Shown here piece by piece: positions 55,649-64,000 of a stretch of 64,000 nucleotides of DNA. The notes below the pieces were generated by a model, which had not been told where the DNA came from, made no database searches, and saw only the letters and a list, made by a program, of their open reading frames with translations. Each line of letters starts with the position of its first letter. The stretch's first letter is position 1. This DNA is from a virus. The stretch is taken from positions 3,829 through 67,828 of IMG/VR virus record IMGVR_UViG_3300029117_000001. One strand, given 5' to 3'. The translations under genes were made by a program, and so were the position numbers.

Positions 55649-56695
55649 ATGGATAAAGAAATTGTGGCAAATTTTGAAAACTTGTATTCATCTTACAAAC
55701 GAGTTAAGGCAGATAAGAAATTCAATTCCGGCACTGCCAGGTTTTCTATTATGGCGTTGGAAGGAATCCAAACATTGAAGGAACAATTGGAAAATCAAAC
55801 GTATTCCATAGCACCGTATAATAAATTCAAAATATATGAGCCGAAAGAACGCATCATAGAATCGTGTTCTTTCAAAGACAAGACGGTACAGAGATGCTTT
55901 TCAGACTACATTCTTACGCCGAAATTAAATAATATTTTTATAAAATGGAACACAGCAGGACAAATCGGAAAAGGTCATTATATGGCAATGGATGGTCTGC
56001 GAGATCATATGTTGGAATTTTACAGTAAAAATGGTTTAAATGGCTGGATTGTAAAATGCGATATTCGTAAATATTTTTACAGCATAGATCATGAAATCAT
56101 GAAAGACGTGGTGGATTACTATTTTGATGATGAATTTACAGTATGGTTAAATCATCTATTTATTGACAGCGCCGAAAATCCAGGACTTCCACTTGGAAAT
56201 CAAGTTAATCAGAAATACGCTTTACTGTTACTGCATTCGTTGGATCAAATGATAACAATTGAATACGGAATACAGCATTACGGAAGGTATAATGATGATT
56301 TCTATGTGATTTGTAAAAGTAAAGAAGAAGCCAGAGAAATACTTGAAGCTATCCGGATTATGACCGAAAGCCTTAAAATACAATTGAATACTAAATCACA
56401 GATTGTGCCATTTAGAATGGGATTGTGCTATCTTGGCTTTCACCATTATGTAACCTCCGATGGGAAATATATTAGAAAACTTCGAGGAGATAAAAAAAGA
56501 AAAACACACAGGAAGATTCGAAATTGGATTAGAGCTGTGAATAATGGCGAAATGACAGAAGAAAAATTTCAAGAAAAATATAATGCGTGTAAAAACAATA
56601 TGCTGCATGGGAATTGTATTAAATTATGCCACAGCATGGATTTGGATGTTAAGAAAAGAATGAAAAGAGGTGATGAAAAATGTTCATGCGAGTAG
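55649..56695 (+). CDS. DGR reverse transcriptase
   Basis: Motif-by-motif parallel to BPP-1 bRT: FKIYEPKERIIESCSFKDKTVQRC (compare FLVYEPKPRLISALEFKDRLVQHA), KCDIRKYFYSIDHE (KSDFSKFFPSIDRA), GLPLGNQVNQ (GIPIGSLTSQ, the DGR-specific replacement of QGxxxSP), RYNDDFYV (RYMDDIVV, YxDD), MGLCYLGFHHY (RGINFLGYRIW). Confidence 0.85.
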   Translation: MDKEIVANFENLYSSYKRVKADKKFNSGTARFSIMALEGIQTLKEQLENQTYSIAPYNKFKIYEPKERIIESCSFKDKTVQRCFSDYILTPKLNNIFIKWNTAGQIGKGHYMAMDGLRDHMLEFYSKNGLNGWIVKCDIRKYFYSIDHEIMKDVVDYYFDDEFTVWLNHLFIDSAENPGLPLGNQVNQKYALLLLHSLDQMITIEYGIQHYGRYNDDFYVICKSKEEAREILEAIRIMTESLKIQLNTKSQIVPFRMGLCYLGFHHYVTSDGKYIRKLRGDKKRKTHRKIRNWIRAVNNGEMTEEKFQEKYNACKNNMLHGNCIKLCHSMDLDVKKRMKRGDEKCSCE

Positions 56696-57447
56696 TAAAC
56701 ACAGGAAGTACCCATGGAAACTGCTATGTTCTGAAATCAAACACAGGAGAAATACTTCTTCTGGACTGCGGATGCAGATACAAAGACATTCTAAGAGCTA
56801 TTGATTACAGAACAAGTGATGTTTCTGGCGTATTGCTTAGTCATGAGCATGGAGATCACATCAAATCATTTCGGGAACTGATGAACGCCGGCATTCAGAT
56901 TTACACCAATGATGAAACCGTGGAACATCTGCAAATCATCACTGGTGAGCTGATGAAAGGTGTTCCAGAGAAAAGACCATTTCGGGTTGGCTCGTTTACA
57001 GTAATACCGTTCTATTTGCCACATACTACAAGGGACAAGGATACAGGGCAACTTATTCCGTGTTTCAATTATGGGTATATCGTGGAACATAAAGAGATGG
57101 GAAAGCTGTTGTATATGACAGACTTTGAGTTTTGCCGATACAATTTCAAGGCAATGCGACTGAACCACTTGGTTATTGAGTGCAACTATTGTGGAGAATT
57201 GGTTGACAAAACAGCCGAAAATTACACGCACAGGCTTAAAGGGCATTGTTCATTAGATACTTGCAAAAGCTTAGTAAATACGAACCATACGGCAGCATTA
57301 CGGACAGTAACATTGGTGCATTTGAGTAATGAAGCAGCTGACCCGGAACAGATTTTGAGGGAGATACAAGAAACGTCTGGTGCTGATGCACTCGTCCATA
57401 TCGCAACACCCGGGTTAGAAGTTAATTTGGACTTATGTCCATTTTGA
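56680..57447 (+). CDS. metallo-beta-lactamase-fold hydrolase (possible phage recombination or processing nuclease)
   Basis: HxHxDH motif LSHEHGDHIK plus downstream His/Asp residues; overlaps the RT stop by 16 nt (translational coupling). Confidence 0.65.
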   Translation: MFMRVVNTGSTHGNCYVLKSNTGEILLLDCGCRYKDILRAIDYRTSDVSGVLLSHEHGDHIKSFRELMNAGIQIYTNDETVEHLQIITGELMKGVPEKRPFRVGSFTVIPFYLPHTTRDKDTGQLIPCFNYGYIVEHKEMGKLLYMTDFEFCRYNFKAMRLNHLVIECNYCGELVDKTAENYTHRLKGHCSLDTCKSLVNTNHTAALRTVTLVHLSNEAADPEQILREIQETSGADALVHIATPGLEVNLDLCPF

Positions 57448-57459
57448 AAGGAGAAATAG

Positions 57460-57735
57460 ATGGTATCAATTGACTTAAAAGATTGGAAAGAAGTAACAAA
57501 AGGAATTTATGTAAATCCAATTTCTGCAAACGCAGCTTATGAAATCCATATTAAATACTGGGATATGAAAACAGATATTCTTTCCGCAAATGCAGAACTT
57601 TATATTGTAGGAGATTGGCACGAAAAAGATGGAAGAAACATCAGAGAAAGGGAAATACTGCTTGATTCTGCATCTGTTATGGCTTGCCTTGGAAAAGCGA
57701 TTGAAGATGATAAGGAAAACAATTCGACTGAATGA
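57460..57735 (+). CDS. hypothetical protein
   Basis: RBS AAAGGAGAAATAGATG. Confidence 0.35.
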   Translation: MVSIDLKDWKEVTKGIYVNPISANAAYEIHIKYWDMKTDILSANAELYIVGDWHEKDGRNIREREILLDSASVMACLGKAIEDDKENNSTE

Positions 57736-58088
57736 TTGAAAGGAGAAATTTGATGAAACTGTATTTTTACATTCTGGACACGGACAGAAAAACAGATAAA
57801 TGGAATATTTGTCTTGAAGAATGTGAAGTAATAGAAAAACCGAAGACATACAAACCAGTAACTAAATTCCCTGACGGAATCTACTGTTCGTATATAAAAA
57901 AAGAATCAATAGGCAATTTCATTAGCGAATACAGCAAAGTGGTTGTACTAGATGCACCTGATTATCAAAAAGCAAAAGAAGTATTTTTAAAAAAATACGA
58001 TAATGAATTAAACACGCTAAGAGAAAGAATTAATTTCTATGAGGAACTTAAATCAGCGGTTGAAGCAGGAGAGGAGAACTGTAAATGA
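57732..58088 (+). CDS. hypothetical protein
   Basis: Coupled ORF; RBS AAAGGAGAAATTTGATG. Confidence 0.35.
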   Translation: MIERRNLMKLYFYILDTDRKTDKWNICLEECEVIEKPKTYKPVTKFPDGIYCSYIKKESIGNFISEYSKVVVLDAPDYQKAKEVFLKKYDNELNTLRERINFYEELKSAVEAGEENCK

Positions 58089-58408
58089 GCGTATTCAGCG
58101 TACCAGTAACGATTGGTATTAATGAGGAAGAAATTGCAAAGGAAATCCGTAAAAATGTTGAGGACAGGGTAGTTGAAAAAATTACCAAGGAGATTAAAGA
58201 GGTTATTTACGAAAAATCCACATACGGAAGTATGGATACCAATGAGCCGTTGAAAAGAATGGTTCGTATGCAGATTGGAGAAATCTTAGAAAAGAACGAA
58301 AACGTGATCGTACAGGAAGCGGCAAAAGCCTTAGCAGATAAGATGATTAAAACCAAGGCTGTGAAAGAAGCGATAAAAGAAACTATTGAAAAGGTCAAGG
58401 AGGATTAA
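58085..58408 (+). CDS. hypothetical Glu/Lys-rich protein
   Basis: Coupled ORF overlapping the upstream stop. Confidence 0.35.
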   Translation: MSVFSVPVTIGINEEEIAKEIRKNVEDRVVEKITKEIKEVIYEKSTYGSMDTNEPLKRMVRMQIGEILEKNENVIVQEAAKALADKMIKTKAVKEAIKETIEKVKED

Positions 58409-58411
58409 CAC

Positions 58412-58768
58412 ATGAAAATCTTCTTAAAAACACTTGATAAACTGAAAAAGCCAGAACCTTCCGAACAGGAATGTAAGTACGATAAAGGCTGGAATGATGC
58501 AATCAAGAAAGTTGAAGAACTGATTTGTTCCTACAGCTCTGCGGATATGTGGATTCCAACAGATGTGAAGTTACCACCGGAACCAGACAAAGGAGAAAAT
58601 CCGGGAGATTGGAAAGAATATGCAGTTACAATTAATGGAGCTGTTCTTCCGACAAGTCTTACATATTTAGGGGACAGTAAATGGGGAAGTGTAGAAGCAT
58701 ATGGTTTTGCGTATTATCCAGTCATTGCATGGCAACCAATGCCACCAGCTTACAAACCAGGGAGGTAA
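58412..58768 (+). CDS. hypothetical protein
   Basis: RBS AAGGAGGATTAACACATG. Confidence 0.35.
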   Translation: MKIFLKTLDKLKKPEPSEQECKYDKGWNDAIKKVEELICSYSSADMWIPTDVKLPPEPDKGENPGDWKEYAVTINGAVLPTSLTYLGDSKWGSVEAYGFAYYPVIAWQPMPPAYKPGR

Positions 58769-58968
58769 CACCATTGGAAATAACAATCGGAATTGGCACA
58801 GATGAAATTAAAGAAATCATCATGGAGCATATAAAAACAAAAGGATTCAACGTAACGGAAGATGATATTTCCTTTGTTATCGGGAAAGAAGAAATCGTAA
58901 CAGGGAATACAAAGAAAATCAAACACGCACTTATCAGGTGCGACATTCAGATTGAGAGGTGATAAATT

Positions 58969-59394
58969 GTGAATATTGTTATTCTTTCTGGAAGATTAAC
59001 TGCTGATCCAGATATCAGAATGGGAACGAATGACACAAAAATTGCAAGATATATTTTGGCTGTAGAGAGAAGAGTAAAAAAGAACACGGAAAGAAAATCT
59101 GACTTTATCACTTGCGTATGTCTTGGGAAAAATGCAGAATTCGCAGAGAAATATCTTAAAAAAGGCACGAAAGTAAATGTGCGTGGAGAATGGCAGACTG
59201 GAAACTATACAAATAAAAATGGTGAAAAAGTCTACTCAAATGATTGCCTTGTTGCAGAACATGAATTTGCAGAAAGAAAAAGCCAGTCACCACAGACACA
59301 GGAAACAGATACACGACCAGTACCACCGCCAGAACCTAGTTTCATGGATGTGCCGGATTTAGGCGGTATGGAAGATGAATTTCCGTTTAGTTAG
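58969..59394 (+). CDS. ssb: single-stranded DNA-binding protein
   Basis: MNIVILSGRLTADPDIR ... DFITCVCLGKNAEFAEKYLKKGTKVNVRGEWQTGNY is the canonical SSB OB fold; acidic C-terminal tip MEDEFPFS (DDIPF-like); GTG start. Confidence 0.8.
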   Translation: MNIVILSGRLTADPDIRMGTNDTKIARYILAVERRVKKNTERKSDFITCVCLGKNAEFAEKYLKKGTKVNVRGEWQTGNYTNKNGEKVYSNDCLVAEHEFAERKSQSPQTQETDTRPVPPPEPSFMDVPDLGGMEDEFPFS

Positions 59395-59403
59395 GAGAAA
59401 ACT

Positions 59404-60030
59404 ATGGTAGAAGTTGCTGTTTATGATGCGCTTAGAAAAATGGTTAATTCCGAAATTGAAGAATGGCAGCCTTTACTTACATTAAAAAGCAGTAAAGACG
59501 CAAAGACATATGCCAATGGGAAGAACAAAAATTTCAGAATGAAGGAATACTGTATTAATTGGTATATGGCGTTGAATTTTAATCCATGGAGCATAAGAAC
59601 CGACAAAGCAAAAGCTTATTACTGGTTTCATGAAAATGGAAAATATATTCTTCAATTATGGCTGAAAGATACATACAAAACTATTTCTAATGCAATTAGC
59701 AATAGCAATTCATTTGACGACTTATTTAATAGCTATTTAGGATGGTTCAATCAAAAAAGAATGGAAACGAGGAAGAAAATGGAAAATCAGTTAAAAGAAA
59801 CTACCAATAGTAAACTCGCTGAAATGAAAATCCCTCATTCTCATGGTGGAGTTGCAAATCTTCTTAAAGTTTTAACAAATACTATGAAAATGCAGGGAGC
59901 GGATATCCGTAGCATTGCAAAAGTACAATATGCTATTTGTAAGCAAGCTGGAATCTATATCCCGGATGAATTCATTGAAGATGTTGCAGTTGCTATGGAA
60001 TGCGAAAATCCAGATGTTTTAGATAATTAG
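59404..60030 (+). CDS. hypothetical protein
   Basis: RBS AGGAGAAAACTATG. Confidence 0.4.
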   Translation: MVEVAVYDALRKMVNSEIEEWQPLLTLKSSKDAKTYANGKNKNFRMKEYCINWYMALNFNPWSIRTDKAKAYYWFHENGKYILQLWLKDTYKTISNAISNSNSFDDLFNSYLGWFNQKRMETRKKMENQLKETTNSKLAEMKIPHSHGGVANLLKVLTNTMKMQGADIRSIAKVQYAICKQAGIYIPDEFIEDVAVAMECENPDVLDN

Positions 60031-60038
60031 AGGTATAC

Positions 60039-61412
60039 ATGAAAGATTTAATTATAGATTGCTTTGCCGGGGGCGGCGGCGCATCCGTAGGCATTGAAAT
60101 GGCCCTTGGTAGACCTGTAGACATAGCAATTAACCATGATCCAGATGCAATTCTAATGCATAAGACTAATCATCCCGGAACACTGCATCTGACAGAAGAC
60201 ATTTTCAAAGTAGATTTGCAGAAATATGTCGGAAACCAGCACGTAGCGTTGATGTGGGCTTCACCAGATTGTACAAGCCATTCAAAAGCAAAAGGCGGTC
60301 AGCCAAGGAAACAGGGGCTTCGCATTCTTCCGTGGTCTGTATATAAGCACGCAAAAGCAATTCTCCCAGATGTAATTATTATGGAGAACGTGGAAGAAAT
60401 ACAACAATGGGGGCCATTGGACGAGAAAGGACATCCGATTAAGGAAAGAGCTGGCGAAGATTATCGAAAATTCATTTCAGCAATGGAAAATATTGGTTAT
60501 GAATTTGACAGCCGAGAACTGGTAGCTGCTGATTACGGAGCACCAACTACAAGAAAACGTTGGTATGCGGTGTTTCGCAGGGATGGAAAGCAGATAATAT
60601 GGCCAAAGCCTACTCATAATCGTTTTGGCGAAGATGGATTGAAGCCATATGAACAGTGCGGAGACTACATTGATTGGTCGGACTTAGGAAAAAGTATATT
60701 TGAACGCCCTAAACCATTGGCAGAAGCAACGCAGAAACGTATCGCAAATGGAATCAAGAAATATATCGTTGATAATCCAGATCCTTACATTGTGCAGAGT
60801 AAAGATGCACTGGCGTTTATCATTCAGTATCATGGGGAAACCAGGAAAGGCGATTCCAGAGGGCAGTTGTTAACCGAACCAATTAAGACTATTGATACCT
60901 CAAATAGGTATGGACTTGTGACAGCTTTTATCACGAAATATTACAAGACTGGAATCGGTCAAGGCTGTGATGAGCCATTGCATACAATAACCACATCGCC
61001 CGATCACTTCGGGGTAATATCTGCATTTCTGGTCAAGTATTATGGGACAGGATGCGGACAGGTGCTTAATGAGCCACTCGGAACTATCACCACAAAAGAC
61101 AGATTCGGTCTAGTAAACGTTCTGGTTGATATCCATGGAGAGAAATACATTATTTCAGATATCTTTCTCAGAATGCTAAAGCCAGAAGAACTGAAGGTGA
61201 TGCAGGGATTCCCGAAAGATTACATTATTGATCGGGATTACAAGTGGAGAGATTACCCGATTGCGAAACAAGTAGCAAGAATCGGAAATAGTGTGGTTCC
61301 GGTTATGGCAGAAGCACTTGTGAAAGCAAATTGTCCGTATCTGAAAATTGGAGAACGCAAAGTTGCACCGATGATTTATATGCAGAATAATGGACAGGTA
61401 GCGTTTGGATAA
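60039..61412 (+). CDS. DNA (cytosine-5)-methyltransferase-like protein with a non-canonical motif IV
   Basis: Motif I DCFAGGGG, motif VI ENV (IIMENVEE), motif X GNSV (GNSVVPVMAEAL), Q..GFP motif; the expected PCQ catalytic motif is replaced by ASPDCTSHS. Confidence 0.65.
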   Translation: MKDLIIDCFAGGGGASVGIEMALGRPVDIAINHDPDAILMHKTNHPGTLHLTEDIFKVDLQKYVGNQHVALMWASPDCTSHSKAKGGQPRKQGLRILPWSVYKHAKAILPDVIIMENVEEIQQWGPLDEKGHPIKERAGEDYRKFISAMENIGYEFDSRELVAADYGAPTTRKRWYAVFRRDGKQIIWPKPTHNRFGEDGLKPYEQCGDYIDWSDLGKSIFERPKPLAEATQKRIANGIKKYIVDNPDPYIVQSKDALAFIIQYHGETRKGDSRGQLLTEPIKTIDTSNRYGLVTAFITKYYKTGIGQGCDEPLHTITTSPDHFGVISAFLVKYYGTGCGQVLNEPLGTITTKDRFGLVNVLVDIHGEKYIISDIFLRMLKPEELKVMQGFPKDYIIDRDYKWRDYPIAKQVARIGNSVVPVMAEALVKANCPYLKIGERKVAPMIYMQNNGQVAFG

Positions 61413-61425
61413 AAGGAGTGATTAA

Positions 61426-61845
61426 ATGGTACAAACAGGACAGATTATTTATTTTAGCAATCAGAAAATGATGTGCTTTGATGTTGAATCCATTGAGGAT
61501 ATTACTGAACCGCCAGAACAAATAGAAACTACATCGGTTTATGGCGAGACAAGAACGTATGCGCCGGCAATAATGAATCCAACAACTCTTTACGTTACTG
61601 GAAAGGAAATTGTAAAACTTGATCCAACAACCATGAAACGCATTGCCAGATATAATCTTGAAGAAGAGAATAAATCTCTTTTAGAAGAAATCGCAGAAAG
61701 AAAAAAGGTTATTGATGATCTTGAACAGAAAGAACAGGTTTTGCGTGACAGGTTCAAAAAAGCAATATCTACTTTCAAAGAAATTATGGAACATGGTTAC
61801 AGTGAAGATGATGACGAAGATGAGTATGAGAGTGAATGGGAGTGA
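61426..61845 (+). CDS. hypothetical protein with a strongly acidic C-terminus
   Basis: RBS AAAGGAGTGATTAAATG; C-terminus SEDDDEDEYESEWE. Confidence 0.4.
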   Translation: MVQTGQIIYFSNQKMMCFDVESIEDITEPPEQIETTSVYGETRTYAPAIMNPTTLYVTGKEIVKLDPTTMKRIARYNLEEENKSLLEEIAERKKVIDDLEQKEQVLRDRFKKAISTFKEIMEHGYSEDDDEDEYESEWE

Positions 61846-61851
61846 TACCGG

Positions 61852-62442
61852 GTGAATTATAAAAAACTTAGGCAGGCAAAAGCTATTGAAACAACGAACC
61901 GAAAAAGACTTCTGAAAATTAATCCGAAGCTTGATGATGGGAGCGGAATATATTTTCTAACCAGAACTGATGAAAATGGAATCCCATACTTTTATATAGG
62001 CCAGGCAGTACATATAATTCAGAGGATGTGTTCCCACCTTACTGGGTATCAACACATAGACCTCTCAATCAAGAAAAGAGGGTTTTACAGTGAAGAGAAT
62101 CCTTTTGGGTGGAAAATAAATTTTATCCATTATCCAGTAGAACAGCTTGATAAAATGGAACAATACTGGATATTAGAGTATACCAAAAAAGGATATCAAT
62201 GCAGATATAACAAAACCTCTGGGAGCCAAGGGGAAGGGAAAGAAAAAATCAATGAATTTCGGCCGGCAAAAGGATATAGAGATGGAATCCAACAGGGGAA
62301 AATAACCCTTGCAAGAGAACTAAAACACATCATTGATACTCACTTAAATGTATCAATCAGACCAGAAAAAGCAAATAATAAAGTATCTATTAAGGCGTTG
62401 GAAAAATTCAACGACTTACTCAATGAAGAAAATTATCACTGA
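61852..62442 (+). CDS. GIY-YIG nuclease domain protein
   Basis: GIYFLTRTDENGIPYFYIGQA (GIY-11 aa-YIG) followed by conserved R (RMCSH) and E (WILEY). Confidence 0.6.
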   Translation: MNYKKLRQAKAIETTNRKRLLKINPKLDDGSGIYFLTRTDENGIPYFYIGQAVHIIQRMCSHLTGYQHIDLSIKKRGFYSEENPFGWKINFIHYPVEQLDKMEQYWILEYTKKGYQCRYNKTSGSQGEGKEKINEFRPAKGYRDGIQQGKITLARELKHIIDTHLNVSIRPEKANNKVSIKALEKFNDLLNEENYH

Positions 62443-62544
62443 TTCTAACACACCAGTAGTTCTACTGGCTAAATTCCAAAGATAAAAAATAAAAAAATGA
62501 AAGGAGCTTGCCTTCAGCTGACGTAAGGGTGCACCGGGCTTCTT

Positions 62545-63687
62545 TTGAAAATGAAATTAAAGTGTGAAATATATCGTGATTCTATGCAGAACTATAAAAA
62601 ATACGCAATTCCAAGAGCGCAACTCGTAATTGCTGACGTACCATATTGCATAGGCAGCAATTTCTATGGTAGTAGATGTGATTGGTATATTAATGGAGAC
62701 AACAAGAACGGTGAAAGCAAATTAGCCGGGAAAGCAGCATTTAACTCTGACTTCAATTTCAACCTGTATGAATACTTCCATTTCTGCTCGAAAATGTTGA
62801 AGAAGGAGCCTAAAAAGGCAGGAGCAAGAGGAAGAAGTTCAGATGCACCATGCATGATAGTGTTCTGTTCATTTGAACAAATTCAAACTCTGATCAATGC
62901 AGCTGCGAAACATGGCTTTGTTCACTATATACCACTTGTGTTTATCAAAAACTACAGCCCACAGGTGCTTAAAGCAAATATGCGTGTAGTAGGTGCTACG
63001 GAATATGCACTTGTATTCTACAGAGATAAACTTCCAAAATTTAGAAATGGATCACAGACGGATGAAAACGGCAACCGTCTTACAATGTGGAATCTTATTC
63101 CAAGAAAACTAATGCCACCTACCAGAATTGTTCGGTATTGCTGTTCAGAACTGAAAGAAGGTGGGAATCCTAACAGAATGATTGCAACAGGCGTTAGATG
63201 GTCTGAAAGTAGCAAGAGAAGTAATAGAAGCCCATTTGAAGTATTAGGACAGACAGCAAGCAAAAGTATCGGCGTTTCTGATGAGAAAATGCTTATAACC
63301 GATAATGATTGTACTAGAAGATTATTTGAAAATTGCCAGATGAAAGCAAAGACAGTAGTTAATCCAATTATTGACTGGATAGATCAAAATATCTGGCAGT
63401 TCATTGGTGAAAAAGATATTCAGGTATGTGAGCTGTACCAATGCGGATATAATAGGTTAGGTTGCTTAGGCTGTCCGCTTGCATCGAAGAAGCAGAGGGA
63501 AAAGGAAATGTATGATTTCCCAAAATACAAGCAAGCCTATATACGTGCTTTTGACAGAATGATTGAGGAACGCAAGCGGCGCGGAAAAGATGTGAAGTGG
63601 AGCTGTGGTGAAGAAGTTTATCTATGGTGGATGCAAGATAACAACGTAGTTGGTCAGATGGAATTATCTGATTTTATTGAGTATTAA
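62545..63687 (+). CDS. hypothetical protein with an N-terminal DVPY (DPPY-like) motif and a C-terminal Cys cluster; possible DNA-modification enzyme
   Basis: LVIADVPYCIGS resembles amino-methyltransferase motif IV; C-terminus CELYQCGYNRLGCLGCP. No PP-loop SGGKDS seen. Confidence 0.4.
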   Translation: MKMKLKCEIYRDSMQNYKKYAIPRAQLVIADVPYCIGSNFYGSRCDWYINGDNKNGESKLAGKAAFNSDFNFNLYEYFHFCSKMLKKEPKKAGARGRSSDAPCMIVFCSFEQIQTLINAAAKHGFVHYIPLVFIKNYSPQVLKANMRVVGATEYALVFYRDKLPKFRNGSQTDENGNRLTMWNLIPRKLMPPTRIVRYCCSELKEGGNPNRMIATGVRWSESSKRSNRSPFEVLGQTASKSIGVSDEKMLITDNDCTRRLFENCQMKAKTVVNPIIDWIDQNIWQFIGEKDIQVCELYQCGYNRLGCLGCPLASKKQREKEMYDFPKYKQAYIRAFDRMIEERKRRGKDVKWSCGEEVYLWWMQDNNVVGQMELSDFIEY

Positions 63688-63756
63688 AATCATGTACCAA
63701 CTGCACAATAGCATGTCAGTTACTTACATGGGGAAAGTGAGGATGATAAGAGGATG

Positions 63757-64000
63757 GTAATAGGAAAATTAAACCCGATAAATAAAGATGATTTAAAAGT
63801 CGGAGATGTGGTTGGAATTGCAAGAGAAGTACGGTGCGGATGGGGAGCAAGTTTTAGACACGTCATGGTGTATCCGGCAAAAATTATTCGCATAACTCCT
63901 AAACGAACCAAAATCGTAACCGACAAGTTCGGAGAGCACGATAAATATGAGACATTTTACAAATACGATTCCGAAGCTATAAAAGAAAGCAAAATGGCAA
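63757..64000 (+). CDS. partial ORF running off the window end
   Basis: MVIGKLNPINKDDLKVGDVVGIARE ... open to nt 64000; RBS AGGATGG. Confidence 0.3.

Larger units (their letters stand above)
53882..56695 (+). mobile_element. diversity-generating retroelement cassette (target1-target2-avd-TR-RT)
   Basis: All canonical DGR components are present in cis, with an adenine-specific VR/TR mismatch pattern. Confidence 0.8.

Noticed and set aside
55467-55778. 103-aa ORF in the track spanning the template repeat (MRCRAVVSSSGNVNNNNCNNDNGVRPTCI...)
   Set aside because: It exists only because the TR is a non-coding copy of the in-frame VR. It has no RBS and overlaps the TR and the RT leader. It is the DGR template, not a gene.

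Overview
This window is the interior of a large mosaic temperate siphovirus-type prophage, most likely from a low-GC Firmicute (GGAGG-type ribosome-binding sites, AT-rich intergenic DNA). Almost all genes are on the + strand. No integrase or CRISPR array is present.

Layout, left to right: a C-terminal gene fragment and a degenerate tRNA-like element (possible att remnant); small early proteins including zinc-ribbon proteins; an SPFH/band-7-like protein; the packaging and head module (TerL, sigma-like activator, SPP1-type portal, scaffold, lambda gpD-like decoration protein, lambda gpE-like major capsid, gp6-like connector); an unusual ~8 kb stretch between connector and major tail (XhlA-like protein, sigma-70 region 4 protein, a terminator-delimited cassette of low-complexity Gln-, Gly/Asn- and Cys-rich proteins, a HEXXH mini-protein, a 703-aa protein with a C-terminal SGNH/GDSL esterase domain, putative neck proteins, a holin-like protein); major tail, chaperones and a 1559-aa tape measure protein; a ~7 kb moron/immunity-like island inserted between the tape measure and distal tail genes (HNH-fusion protein, membrane protein, Ltp-type superinfection-exclusion protein, secreted Big_2 protein on the minus strand, RHH regulator, AntA/ORF6C antirepressor, HNH nuclease, Rha); distal tail protein and a 1541-aa host-specificity/tail-fibre protein; amidase endolysin; the lysogeny control region (orphan LytTR response regulator and XRE repressor on the minus strand, shared TGTACA operators, a second Rha, a BRO-N/KilAC antirepressor); an IS200/IS605-type TnpB insertion; and the recombination/replication module (two tandem-OB SSB-like paralogs, SbcC/SMC-like ATPase, iteron-rich non-coding blocks bracketed by inverted repeats, RecT, MBL-fold protein, canonical SSB, C5-cytosine methyltransferase, GIY-YIG nuclease).

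The standout feature is a complete diversity-generating retroelement at ~53.9-56.7 kb: two paralogous DUF1566/C-type-lectin-fold target genes each with a variable repeat, an Avd-like protein, a 75-bp template repeat and a DGR-type reverse transcriptase. The VR/TR differences fall almost entirely at template adenines.

Other notable signals: a 25-nt motif present three times at late-gene boundaries, each followed by a hairpin-T structure (candidate promoters/antitermination leaders for a phage-encoded sigma-like activator); intrinsic terminators placed directly upstream of terL, portal and TMP; an orphan LytTR regulator with a canonical direct-repeat LytTR box; a pseudogenised receptor-binding-protein fragment; and a dual-start endolysin.
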